This document shows, piece by piece, positions 13,232-25,579 of a stretch of 64,000 nucleotides of DNA. Under the pieces are notes generated by a model. The model ran no database searches and was not told the origin of the DNA. It saw only the letters and a list, made by a program, of their open reading frames with translations. Position numbers and translations under genes: made by a program. This DNA is from Chiloscyllium plagiosum (lineage: Eukaryota): contig NC_057718.1 of NCBI RefSeq assembly GCF_004010195.1, forward strand, positions 97,925,883 to 97,989,882, written 5' to 3'. The stretch's first letter is position 1; each line of letters opens with the position of its first letter.

Positions 13232-13396
13232 GTTAAAAATCACACAACACCAGGTAATCCAACAGGTTTATTTGGAAGCACTAGCTTTCGGAGCACTGCT
13301 CCTTCAGCGGCGCTCTGAAAGCTGGTGCTTCCTATTGGTGTTGTTTGAGTTTTAACTTTGTCCACCCCAGTCCAACACCGGCTCCTCCAAATCATC
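13232..13396. mobile_element. Fold-back Penelope-derived element
   Basis: Arms GAAGCACTAGCTTTCGGAGC / GCTCTGAAAGCTGGTGCTTC; terminal CCCCAGTCCAACACCGGC.CCTCCAAATCAT. Confidence 0.8.
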
Positions 13397-13514
13397 ACTA
13401 TACACTGGAGACTGAGCAGTGCTTAAAGTGACAGTACTTTGTTTCTGCGCTGGTTGGATTTGTAATGTTAAAGGTATACAGAATCCTCAAAAGTAATGTT
13501 GTATGATAACAGTC

Positions 13515-15300
13515 CTTCACTGTTAGAGGGATAGAGTTTAAAAACAGGGAAGTTGTGCTACAGCTGTATAGAGACAAAAGAATTGCAGGTACTGGAACCC
13601 AAGGTCGACAGGGAGGAGGCTAGAAGAACACAGCAAGCCAGGCAGCATCAGGAGGTGGAGAAGTCAACGTTTCAGGTGTGACCCTCCTTCAAGACTGGGG
13701 GTGGGTATAAAGGGAGCTGCAGGTAAAGGGGGCCGTGGGAAGGGTTTCAGGTGGTGAGGGTGGGCAGAGTGGTGAGGTGGGGATAGGTGAACACAGGTAG
13801 AGGGGTGACCTGCTCGGATCAGAATGAATCCGATTGGTAGCTGGAAGGAAGGTTTGGTCAGAGAAATGGAAGGGAAGGGGAGGAGCTGGAAAAGGAGTCG
13901 GGGGGGAGGTTATTTGAAATTGGAGAACTCTGTGTTGAGTCCTCCGGGCTGTCGGCTGCCCAGGCGGAAGATGAGGTGGTGTTCTTCCAATTTGCGGTCC
14001 GATTCATTGTGGCAATGGAAGAGGCAGAGGATGGTCATGATGGAAAGGAATTGGGAAGGGGAGTTAAAATAAGTGGTGACTGGGGCCTGCGGGCCTGGCT
14101 GAGATGCTCAACGGAACGTGCCCTGAGTTTACATTTAGACTCCCCGTTGTAGAGAAGACCACATCGGGATCACAGTAAACTAGGAGGAGAGGCAGGTGAA
14201 CCTCTGTCTCACATGGAAAGACAGTTTGGGGCCCTGCATGGAGGTGAGGGGAGTGGTGTGCTGGCAGGTTTTGTATCTCTTCTGGTTGCTGGGGAAGGTA
14301 CCTGGGGTTGATGCGGAGAGTGGCATGAACCAAGGACTAGCAAAGGGAACGGTCGTTGTGGAAGACAGAGAGGAGTGGAGAGGGGAGCTTGTTCTTGATG
14401 GTGTGGTATAATTGGAGTTGGTGGAAATGTTTAAAGATGGTGCGTTGGATGCGGAGACTACTGGGGTGGTAGGTGAGGACAAGGGGGACCCTGTCTTTAC
14501 TTTGCTTGGATTGAGGGAGGAGCTTTAGAGCAGTGGAGAGAGGAATGGAGGAGGTGCTGTTGGGATGACTGAGAGGGGGAAAAGCACTTTGTTCAAAATA
14601 GGTGGACATGTAGGATGCTTGGAATTGGACTGTCTCCTCGTCCAAGCAGATGGGGCGGAGGCGGAAGAATTGGGAAAATGGGATGGAGTTCTTGCAGGAT
14701 ATTGGGTGGGAGGAGGTGTAGTCCAGGTAGTGCTGATGGTCAACACCTAGGGTACTGTGTACCGTTTCGGTCTGCTTACTTGAGAAAGCATGTACTGGCG
14801 CTGGAAGGGGTGCAGAGGAGATTCTGGTTGATTCTGGAGTTGACATGTTGGCTTATGAGGAGAGAGAGAGAGTAGATTGGGACGATACACAATGGGATTA
14901 AGAAGAATGAGGGGAGATCTTGTAGAACTGTATGGAATTATGAAGGGAATAGATAAGATAGAAACAAGAAGGTTGTTTCCACTGGGGTTAGGAAACTAGA
15001 ACTAGGGTTGCATAGCCTCAAAATAAGGGGGGGGAGCAGATTTGGGACTGAGCTGAGGAGGAGCTTCTTCACCCAAAGGATTGTGAATCTGTGGAATTCC
15101 CTGCCCAGTGAAGCAGTTGAGGCTACTTTGTTGAATGTTTTTAAGGCAAAGATCGATAGGTTTTTGAACAGTGAAGGTTATGGTGAGCAGGCGGGTAGGT
15201 GGAGCTGAGGCCATGAAAATATCAGCCATGATCTTATTGAAGGGAGAAGCGGACTCGAAGGGCCAGATGGTCTACTCCTGTTAGTAGTTCTTATGGTTAT
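13515..15300 (+). mobile_element. CR1 LINE 3' fragment split by a Penelope insertion
   Basis: EVVLQLYR before 13572; resumes as HLGYCVPFRSAYLRKHVLALEGVQRRF after 14730. Confidence 0.8.
13572..14730 (-). mobile_element. 5'-truncated Penelope-like retroelement (post-RT region, GIY-YIG remnant, pLTR)
   Basis: YLDYTSSHPISCKNSIPFSQFFRLRPIC, KDRVPLVLTYHP, RFTCLSS, RCGLLYNGESKCKLRARSVEHL (decayed YIG motif); decayed hammerhead near 13662-13700. Confidence 0.9.
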
Positions 15301-15576
15301 ACGCTCTTAATACAATACTTGTTCATCATTGTTAATGTTTGTTGCCCTTGAACTGAGTGGCTTGCCAGGCCATTTCAGAAGGCACTTAAGATTCAACTGC
15401 ATTGCTGGGTTTGGAAGATGCTGTTGAAGGAGTCTTGCTGAGTTTTTGAGGGCAGCTCTCACAGAGGACCAGACAAGGACTGCACGTTGTCCTTCCTAAA
15501 GTGGACGAGTGAGCCAAATATATTTTTTGGACTGGCTCTCAAACCCGCTTGCATTAATAGAACATGAATTCTGTAT

Positions 15577-16095
15577 CATGAAGGGGCTGAATAGAGCAGA
15601 CAGGGAGAAGTTGTTCTCACTTGGGGGTTGCTCCAGCCCATAAAAGGATCAAAAATGAGAGGGCACAGGTTTAAAGTGACTTGCAAAAGTAGCATTAAAT
15701 GAAACCAAAGGACTGTGGATGCTGAAGATCAGAAACGAAAACAGAAGTTGCTGGGGAAACTCCGCAGCATCTGTTGAAGAGTCACTGGCCTTGAAACATT
15801 AACTCTGCTTTCTTCCCACAGATGCTGCCAGACCCCCTGAGCTTCTCCAGCAATTTCTGCTTTTTGTTGCAAAAGAAGCACATGCGATGCGAAAGGGGAA
15901 AAACTTTCTCATGCAGCAAATAGTTTGTGTCCAGATTGCACATTCGGGATGTGTTGTGGAGGCAGGTTTAAATGAGGTATTCAAGAGGTTGTTGGATCAT
16001 TGTTTCTATTCAAACAATGTGAAGGGGTATGGAACAAAGTCCTTTCTCGAGCTAGTATAAATGCAAAGGAACAAATGGCCTTGCTCTGTATCTGA
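15577..16095 (+). mobile_element. Degenerate CR1 3' fragment containing a PLE-derived insertion (15696-15866)
   Basis: CR1 3' similarity; insertion flanked by TTGCAAAAG(T/A)AGCA at 15681 and 15867. Confidence 0.7.
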
Positions 16096-16107
16096 ACACT
16101 TCCAGGA

Positions 16108-16365
16108 ATTTTTTTAAAATTTCAAAATATCATAACAAGTATCCCTTCCTACACGCAGTCACAAATGCAGTTCGGTTCTGTACAGTAGCGTATCAAGGAA
16201 ACAAACACTGGAGCTTGACTCGAACTAAACAAACGTAAGGCATCTCTTACTTGAACCAGGCAAGGCAGTTGAGGGAGCAGGAAGGTACGACAACTGAACA
16301 GACCCCCATTCAACCTCCGCTGGAAGACCTCAGACAGCGGCCTTTCCCCAATGCACCTTAGCCTG
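16108..16365 (-). mobile_element. L1/Tx1-like LINE 3' end
   Basis: Minus strand ends an ORF as AKVHWGKAAV*, then 3' UTR and A-rich tail. Confidence 0.55.
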
Positions 16366-16569
16366 GAAGAACCTCTCTTTTTTTTTAGATTTTAAATGTA
16401 TACTTTATCCAAGAAAAAAATCTTTATACACTCTTGTGTGAATTTCACTAGTTGCTGTGGTGAGATTTCAACCTGTGTCCCTCTGGATTTAATGACTTCT
16501 ACCCATCATGACCACAGTGCTCCCTTATACTGTAGTCCCTATGGAAACTAATTACGGTTACTGCCTTAA

Positions 16570-16665
16570 ATAAAAGACAAAGGGTCAGTTAGACTCGAAA
16601 CGTCAGCTCTTTTCTCTCCTTACAGACGCTGCCAGACCTGCTGAGATTTTCCAGCATTTTCTCTC
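16570..16665 (+). mobile_element. Short PLE-derived insertion with partial hammerhead
   Basis: Perfect 18-bp TSD TTACGGTTACTGCCTTAA (16552-16569, 16666-16683); GGGUC(AGUUA)GACUC-GAAA-CG-UC. Confidence 0.85.
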
Positions 16666-17241
16666 TTACGGTTACTGCCTTAACAGTTTGGCCTCCTACA
16701 CACCTGTGTTGGATTTTGCATGCAGTAACCACTTCTCCTTCAATCGGTTTATTCTGTGAGTGTACATTACAGTGTGGGAATGACAACGTAAGGCAAATTA
16801 CACACTAAGCTCGAATAATTCCACTTAAGCCCGGATGTACAGGACATTTCAAATGGTTTTCCTCACACGACGGCTGAGAGGTTTTATTTTCCAAACCATT
16901 GCTTTTAGAATCTTCTGAGGAGATTCTTGTGCGATTGACTTTGTACCAGCTGCAGGTGCATTGGTTAAGAAAGATTTTGCAAGCAAATGTCAAAGTAAGC
17001 AAATCTCCGTGCAGTTCAGCAATGCAATGATAATCGAAAGCAGAGGTTGCTGGAGAAACCCAGCAGGGATGTGGGTCAAACACAGGCAAATTGGATTAGT
17101 TCAGTTTACGATACCAGGTCGACATGAGCGAGTTGGACCGAAGGGTCTGTTTCCGTGCTGTATGACTCTATAAGGTCTGGCAGCATCTGTGGAGGGCAGT
17201 TTTGAGTTCAGTGACCCTTATTGCGTTCTGCTGAACTGCTT

Positions 17242-18195
17242 GTTTTAATGGGATATGGGCATCATTGGCATTTGTCTTTCTGAGAGAGTGGTGACTACTG
17301 CAATAATGCAGTTGTTCCCACAGTGCTGGTAGAGAGGGTTTGACTCAGTGACACTGAAGGAATGATGGTGATATTTCTAAGTCAGGATGATGAGTGACTA
17401 GGAGGGGATCTTGCAGGTGGTTATGTTCCCAATTATCCGCAGCTGGTGGCCTTCTAAATAGTGGTGGTTATTGATTTGGAAGGCGCTGTCTGAAAGAGTC
17501 TGAGTGAGTTATTGCAGTGAATCCCGTACATGGTACACAATGCTGCCGCTGTGCATTAGCAGTGGAGGAAGTCAGTGTTAGAACATAGGACATTACAGCG
17601 CAGTACAGGCCCTTTGTCCCTCGATGTTGCGCTGACCTGTGAAACCAATCTGAAGCCCATCTAACCTACACTATTTCATTCTTGTCCAAATGCCTATTCA
17701 ATTACCATTTATATGCCCGTTTTAATGGGATATGGGCATCATTGGCATTTGTCTTTCTGAGAGAGTGGTGACTACTGCAATAATGCAGTTGTTCCCACGG
17801 TGCTGGTAGAGAGGGTTTGACTCAGTGACACTGAAGGAATGATGGTGATATTTCTAAGTCAGGACGATGAGTGACTAGGAGGGGATCTTGCAGGTGGTTA
17901 TGTTCCCAATTATCCGCTGCCGGTGGCCTTCTAAATAGTGGTGGTTATTGATTCGGAAGGCGCTGTCTGAAAGAGTCTGAGTGAGTTATTGCAGTGAATC
18001 CCGTACACGGTACGCAATGCTGCCGCTGTGCATTAGCAGTGGATGAAGTCAGTGTTAGAACATAGGACATTACAGCGCAGTACAGGCCCTTTGTCCCTCG
18101 ATGTTGCGCTGACCTGTGAAACCAATCTGAAGCCCATCTAACCTACACTATTTCATTCTTGTCCAAATGCCTATTCAATTACCATTTATATGCCC
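17242..18195. repeat. 477-bp head-to-tail duplication (17242-17718, 17719-18195) of LINE-derived sequence
   Basis: Manual alignment: 8 substitutions, no indels. Confidence 0.95.
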
Positions 18196-19041
18196 CTAAA
18201 GTTGGTGAGTCTACTACTGTTGTAGACAGTGTGTTCCATGCCCCACTACTCTGAGTAAAGAAGTTACTTCTGACATCTGTCCTATATCTGTCACCTCTCA
18301 ATTTAAAGCTATGTCCCCTTGTGCTAGCCATCACCATCCAATGATGGGGAATGGGGTACCAATCAAGCGGACTGCTATGTACAGGATGGTGTCAAACCTC
18401 TTGATTGTTATTGGAACTGCACCCATTCTGGCAAAGTAGTATTCCATCACACTTGTGGATAGTGGAGGAATTAGGAAGTGAGATACTCAATGCAGGATTA
18501 TGAAACTGCTTTTTTTAAGTAAATGGTGTAATGACCACAGGAAGTAGTCAAGGTAAACAGCCTAGATGAATCTAAAGGCAAACTAGATAACACATGATGG
18601 AGAGAAGAAAGAAGTAAAAAAAAATGTTGATGGTGTGAGATGAAGAAAGGTGAGAAGATGCTCATGAGATGCTTCTGCCCATTGTGAATGATTTGTTTCT
18701 ATGCTGTTAATCTAGTGTGTTGCCATGTCAAGTTGATAAACCCAATGGCATTCAGTCAGCCACTTAGGTGAATTTGATGTTCACATACAATATGAAGGAC
18801 TGAGAGAAAATGTCCAAATATAGTAATATTGGTCTTCCTTCACCTACCCAATAGCAAATGTTGGTCTAGTGAGCCCCCTGCCTTTCCAACAGTTGCACGA
18901 TACAATGATAATTGAGGTGTTCAACATAAAATGTGTCACATAATATGAGGCCAGTGTGCCATCTTCCTACTCATGCCTGGGCTCACCCATGTAATACAGT
19001 AAATAAATAAGCGTCATTTGGTCTTGTCAAATATTATGTTG

Positions 19042-19245
19042 AGATGGAAATGTGTTGCTGGAAAAGCGCAGCAGGTCAGGCAGCATCTAGGGAACAGGAG
19101 AATCGACGTTTCGGGCATTAGCCCTTCTTCAGGATTGCCCGAAACGTCGATTCTCCTGTTCCCTAGATGCTGCCTGACCTGCTGCGCTTTTCCAGCAACA
19201 CATTTCCATCTCTGATCTCCAGCATCTGCAGACCTCACTTTCTCC
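19042..19245. mobile_element. Young fold-back PLE-derived element
   Basis: About 76-bp perfect inverted arms, 34-nt 3' extension, 15-bp TSD TCAAATATTATGTTG (19027-19041, 19246-19260). Confidence 0.93.
19101..19136 (-). ncRNA. Intact minimal type I hammerhead ribozyme motif
   Basis: AAUC-CUGAAGA-A-GGGC(UAAU)GCCC-GAAA-CG-UC-GAUU: full core, GUC site, 4-bp stem I, palindromic ACGU stem III. Confidence 0.8.
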
Positions 19246-20334
19246 TCAAATATTATGTTGCCAATGCCATAAAACCATTGGCATGGGGAATGGGGTAGGC
19301 ATGGGCCACCTGTTATCTAATTAGTTGAAGAGGCCAGGAAGGAATGGGAGGTGAGTTGCTCTCATTGGAGTGTGTTTGTTGTCCATCGAGAACATGTCCA
19401 CTGGAATGGCGGTGACTTTACCTAATCCTCTCCTCTCCCCTCCACCACCTACCCACCACCACGTCCTCGCTCACTAAGGAACTGAAATCCATCCACCGCT
19501 GCCCAAACATCCCATCGTTACCTCCTTCGTGGAGTTGTCTACAGCTCCAGCATTGTGCACTAGAGAGCTCTGACTGGGCCTGGACCTTCTCCCTGCAAGA
19601 AGCAGAGGTCTCTCTGTGAGTTGTGTAGCCCACCCATGGTGCTTATGCTCAGCCGTTTGGGTGACCACCTGGAGAGACAAGTGGAGGTGGGAGAAGGTGT
19701 CCAAATTGCTGGCAAATGGGACTAGATTAGGTTAGGATATCTGGTCGGCATGGGCGAGTTGGACTGAAGGGTCTGTTTCTGTGCTGCACGTCTCTATGAC
19801 TCCATGATTAAGTCCCAGTGTGATTTCAAATTCAGTGAATACACTTTGAATTGAAGGGCTGTCTTAGTGACGGTGACTAACAATGATCATCTGTTGTCAT
19901 AGAAACTCATCTGGCTCAGTGATGTCCCTTGAAGGAGGGAAATCTGCTGTCTGTACCTGGTTTGGCCTATATGTGACTCTCGACCCACAGCAATGTCATT
20001 GATTTGTGAAATGGCCCTTACCCATCACACAGATCAAAGGCAGTGAGACTTCCAGTACTGGCTTTACCAGTGATGCCTTCAAGAATTTCAACCGACCTGA
20101 TGAGTAAAGTCAGTTCAGCAACTCCCTCGTCATTACTTTGTTCAAATTTAACATGGCAAGCAGTTGCAGACTTTGAGAAGTGTAATTGTTTTAGTAATTG
20201 GGGACAGGGAGGTGATTATCTTTCCCCTTTCACCTTATACCTATGCCCTCTAGTTTTTGGACTCCCCTAACCTGGGGCAGCAGACCTTGTCTATTCATCC
20301 TTACTGCAGTAAAACACCCACCCCACCTCCGGAG

Positions 20335-20630
20335 GCTATCACGAGACCAGCAGTCCAGAAAACGTTTTGGGGGCCTGCGTTCGAGTCCTGCCATTGGAGG
20401 ATTTGAAATCAATAAATTCAAACATCTGAAATTAAGGATCTAATGATGACCAGGCAACCATTGTTAGAAACACCCATCTGGATCACTAACGTTCTTTAGG
20501 GAAAGAAACTGCTATCCTTTCCTGGTCTGGTCTACATCTGACTCCAGACCCACAGCAGTGACCCTGGGCAATAGGATGCAGAATCACTCCTGACCTGGCT
20601 AATAATACCCACATCCCGTGATTAATTAAA
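20335..20630 (+). mobile_element. tRNA-derived SINE with LINE-like tail
   Basis: B box GTTCGAGTCC; core CCCATCTGGATCACTAA...GACTCCAGACCCACAGCA; tail CCCACATCCC plus A-rich end. Confidence 0.7.
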
Positions 20631-21152
20631 AGAAACATCTATTAATAATGTTGCTCAATCTATTTTTCCTTATGAAAAGTTGAAAAGTTGTTTATTGTAC
20701 GTAGATGCAAGTGGAGTCTCTTGCTGTTGTGTTGCAATCCTGCTTTCTCTCTGCAGTGTCTCCCTGAAGGTCATCAGCATAAATCAATCCATTACCAGCT
20801 TCCTCCCCTGTCACTTTCTGAGAGAAAATGTAGCACAGTTGTCTGCACAAAGTTCTTTTGATATCTGGATTGCTGTGTTATCTAACGCACTGATCTGCAT
20901 CCACAGGATAAAAAAACATCGCCTCACCACCCCAGCTGGGTGCAGGCCAACTGATGGAAGCTCCTCAAAGTAAATGGCACAATTTCTGTGATGTCCTGGT
21001 TACTAGGCAGCCGCTGTAGAGCTGCACATAGTATCACTGACTCTTTGGTGACGACCAGAGAGCGAACAGCAGAGTTGGATTATTTCTGACTTGTGCACTG
21101 CCCTTCACATTTCAAAACCTACAACAACAATTTGTACTATATAGCACCTGTT

Positions 21153-21485
21153 TAGAATCATAGACTTGTACAGCACAGAAGTAGACCTTTTGGTCCAACT
21201 CGTCCAGATATCCTAAATTAAACTTGTCCCGTTTGACAGCACTTGGCCCATATCCCTCTAAACCCTTCCTATGCATATGCCCACCCAGATCCTCAAAATG
21301 TTGTAATTGTACCAGCCTCTACCACTTCCTCTGGCAGCTCATTCCATACACGCACGGCCCTCTGCATGAAAAAGTTGCTCCTTAGGTCCCTTTTATATGT
21401 TTGCCCTTTCACCTTAAACCTATGCCCTCTAGTTTTAGACTCCCCTAACTTGGGGAAAAATACCTTGTCTATTCATCCTTATTGC
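21153..21485 (-). mobile_element. CR1/HER1 3' fragment
   Basis: High similarity to 38740-39080 and 57620-57930. Confidence 0.85.
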
Positions 21486-22039
21486 AATAAAATGCCCCCC
21501 ACGGCAACTTCAGACAAATGGTATGGAACAAACAAAAACCTAAAGGAACTGCAGATGAAACAGAAATAGAAATCGCTGGAAAATCACAGCAGGTCTGGCA
21601 GCGACTGTGGAGAGAAATCGCAGTTAATATGTTAGGTCCAGTGATCCTTCCTCAGAATATTATGAAACAAATGTTTGATACTGAGTCGTGTTCGGTGATA
21701 TTAAAGCAAATAATGTGCAGCTTGGTCAAAGAGGTAGGCTTTAAAGAGCATTTGAAAAAGAGAGGAGAGAGAGTTGGAGAAGCGTGGAATCGGGTAGGTA
21801 TCTGAGCAGTTGTAAAGACATGGTCACCAGTGGTTGTCTCAAAACTAGAATGCCAATTAGGCTGGCATTGGTCGAGCGTAGATATTTCAGAGAGTCATAG
21901 GGCTGGAGAAGATGATAGAGAGAAATGAGGCCATGATGGATTTAAAAGAAAGAATGTTTTTTATTGGTGAGGCTCTGTTTAACTGGGAACCAGCACATCT
22001 CAGTGAGTGCCGGAGTGATAGCAGAGTGCAAGTTTTTTT

Positions 22040-22350
22040 CATTCATTGGGGTAGGGTTTTGCTGGCTGGGCCAACATTTATTACCCAGAGGGCAATTTAA
22101 GAGTCAACCACATTGCTCTGGAGTTACATGGTAGGCCAGGTAAGGATGGCAATTTCCTTCCCTAAGGGGCATTAGTGAGCCAGATGGGTTTTTACTGACA
22201 ATGGATAGTCATCGTTAGACGCTTAATTCTCGATTGTTATTGAGGTCACCATCTCTCAGAGCAGGATTCGAACCTAGGTCCACAGAACATTACTCCGATC
22301 TCTGGGTTAACAATCCAGTGAAAATACCACTAGGTCATCACCTCTCCCTT
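22040..22350 (-). mobile_element. tRNA-derived SINE (same family as 20335)
   Basis: Minus-strand B box GGTTCGAATCC and shared core. Confidence 0.7.
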
Positions 22351-23312
22351 ATCTGTCTATCTATTTTGTCCAAGGGAAAATGCAGGCAGCAGAGTTTTCA
22401 ATGAGTTCAAGTTAATAAAGTGAAGATTTTATGAGGCTGATCAGGAGGTAGAGAGAATGGTCAATAACAGAAGTAAGGAAGACATGGTTAAGGGGTTAAG
22501 CAGCATATATAAAGTGAAGCGGGAATGGAATTGGGTGCTGTTACAAAGATGGAAATAGGTGGGCATTAATAGTGTGTTAGTAATTTTACAGTCACTGAGC
22601 TCCATGTTTTTGTCCCTGAACCAATTGCACTTGGAATTGCTTTGCGTTGTCTGTTAACTAGCTCTCTGTACTTCAGTGCTGGTCCAAATTCACTGAATTA
22701 CTTCTAAATTGGGTCTTGTCTGGTGTTGATTTTTTACTTATTTCCCGGGAGAAAGTTTTTCTCAAAGTTTGAAAATGACATTACTTGTATGTTATCAAAT
22801 GCTTTCCGTCGCCAGACAATACCACAGTAATTCTCAGTTTGGCTGTTTTCCTGTTCTTACACATTGTTCTCTGTGATTAATGGTCTGAACCTGAATATCT
22901 GACAGCACAATATTGCACGGATGAAATGAGTAAAATGCTGCTTGTAAAATGGACATGTTAAATGAAAGTGCTAGTTACTGCAATCATGCAATATCGGCTC
23001 CTTTTAGGTTAGCAAGAGGGGAACAAAATCTCTGGAATGATTTTGTTTCTGCATTATTATGGCAGAGGGTTTATACACAGGACATCTGCGAACTTTGATT
23101 TCTTCAAAATAACATTTCTCTTGCTTAACTTAAATGCTGCTGATTAGGTTAATAAAAGCAAAGGATATTCTTTTTGGGAAGAAGAATCAAGTGACGAGAA
23201 GGTGTTCTCACTTGAAGAAAAGTTGACTCAAACATTTGTTTCTGCATCTCTGGCAATGCAGTACTTTTCTGGAAAGATGTACGCAACACAGTGATTAACT
23301 CAAGGAAGGAAT

Positions 23313-24136
23313 TTTTAACTGATGCACTATGGAAAGCATCCTAACTGGATGCATCACAGCATGGTAGGGCAACTGCCTGTCCCAAGACTACAAGAAAATA
23401 CAGAGAGTCGTGAACACAGCCCAGTCCGTCAGGCAAACCAGCCTTCCATCCATTGACTCCATCTATAGTTCACACTGCCTCTGGAAAACAGTCAGCATCA
23501 TCAAAGACCCCTCTCACCCCGATTATACTCACTTCCATCCTCTTCCATTGGGCACACGATACAAAAGTTTGAAAACAACAAATTCAAGAACATTTTCTTC
23601 CCAGCTGTTATTAAACTTACCAATGAATCTCGGGGGAGCTAGGTTGGAAGGAAGATGGATAGGTGGGACAGTTCAAGAGGGTAGTGCCGAGTTGGAGAGT
23701 TGGATCTGGGATGGTGTGGGGGAAGGGGAGATGAGGAAACTGCACCTACCTATTGCCTTTCAAGCTACCTTACCCCCCAGCCCCACCGCCCTTGTATTTA
23801 TCTCTCAGCCCGCTTCTCCCCAACCGCATTCCTGATGAAGCCCATAACATCAACTCTCTTGCTCCTCAGATGCTGCCTGACCTGCTGTGCTTTTCCACCT
23901 GCCTGCACACCTTTCAACTCTGATCTCCAGCATTTGCAGTCCTCACTTTCTCCTTCTGAACGGATCTCTCATAAATCTTTCTCTGCACCTTCTCTGTAGC
24001 TGTTCCACCACGTTGTGCATTCTGTTCTGTTACCCTGATGTACTCATGTAAGGCATGGTTTGTCTGGTTTGCACACAACATAACATTTTTCACTGTATCT
24101 CAGCACATGACAATAATAAATCAAATCAAATCAAAT
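23313..24136 (+). mobile_element. Rex1/Babar-like LINE 3' end with (AAATC)n tail, interrupted by a PLE-derived element (~23631-23953)
   Basis: Peptide VNTAQSVRQTSLPSIDSIYSSHCLWKTVSIIKDPSHP; tail AATAAATCAAATCAAATCAAAT; homologous to 29953-30467. Confidence 0.8.
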
Positions 24137-24261
24137 AAGTTGGAAACAGATGCTTTCACTTTCTGATCCTTTATTGTGCCTCATTGTCGAACCAGCTGAA
24201 ACCAGCGAGTTTGATTCACATGTCTATACTGTTGGGGTGACGAACAAGCGCAAGGTTAGTG

Positions 24262-24400
24262 TTTATGGATGTGTAGGTTAGTTGCATTAGTCAGGGGTAA
24301 ATATAGGGTAGGGGAATGGATCTGGGTGGATTACCCTTCAGAGGGTCGCTGTGAACTTGTTGGGCCGAAGGATCTGTTTCCACAGTGTAGAGGTTCTAAT
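24262..24400 (+). mobile_element. HE1 SINE 3' fragment
   Basis: Matches 3' halves of other HE1 copies. Confidence 0.7.
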
Positions 24401-24424
24401 TCTGATTTAAGTCTGAGTCAACAT

Positions 24425-24725
24425 TACAAAAACAGATTATCTGGGCACTGTTACTATACTTGTACATTATCACGTTAAAGCCTGTGAGAGCTTGCTGTGT
24501 GCAAATTGATTGCCTTATTTCCAACCTTACAACAGTGACTGGGCTTACAAAGCACTTAATTTGCTGCAAATTTCTTTGCGGTGTGTTGTGGCTTTAAAAA
24601 GCATAATAAGTCTTGTATATTTTTGCTAACTGCGTTTATTTACTTAACAACCGTGACTTTAAAAAACAAGCAATTAATTGGATTAAAGCACATGATAAGG
24701 TGCAATATAAATGTAAGTCTGTTTG
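24425..24725 (+). mobile_element. Deu-domain SINE 3' part
   Basis: TGTGAGAGCTTGCTGTGTGCAAATTG...ACAACAGTGACT homologous to 61900-62030. Confidence 0.6.
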
Positions 24726-25579
24726 TTCTCTCTTCAAGCAATTGCTTTCTGTTTGTCACCTTACTTCATAGTTTAAGTTATCAGTCATGATTATCAAATG
24801 AGTCTCACTCTGTATCATTTGCAAACACGATGAGAAGCATAGGGCCCAGACTGACCTGTCTGCCCTATCTTTCCCAACTGCTTTGATGTAATTTTGTGCA
24901 TAAAGCTTCCTATAAAACAACCTCCCAACGACATGAAAATCAATGTTTGCATTTACCAGCTGCCTTTTCAATGTGGCATTTAGCTGAGCCAGAGGACGTT
25001 TGTTGGTTTCAGTTTCGGGCAGTTGTTTCTCATGGCAGAGCCAGGACTGTGGCACAGTCCTGCTTTAGACACACGTTAAGAATTTTTTAAATTGTGTGTT
25101 TCATCCCTGGGCGTTTCACGTCAAATTAAATCTGCTTCTTCATGTCCCCGAGCTGCTTTGAACATTGATTTTTCTTCTTCAGTTCAAAGTTTTGCACAGT
25201 AGCTGTTTCAACTTTCAAATCGCCAGCTGGCATTGCATGACTAACTGAACTGCTCCACTGTATTTATTTTGCAAGCTGTGCTACAGGAGGTATAATTATC
25301 TTCGGGGTAATCTTAACATTTCATCTTCGTTGCAAATTGGATGAATTGCTTAAAACGAAGAAGCAAATATGAGAGAGAGCCGAAGTAAAGTACGGTTTGC
25401 CTCCCCTCTGGGCTGACATTCCTGGATGTCATGTTGCTCTGAATTGACCCTGGTGCATTCCACAGCCGGTGGCTGTGTACCGACTGGAATCAGTATTAAC
25501 TGCTGTCCTCGTGTATCATTGATGCCAAGTATACTATGACCTGGACGTAATTGTGGCATCAGTCGGAAGAAAGCGTTTT

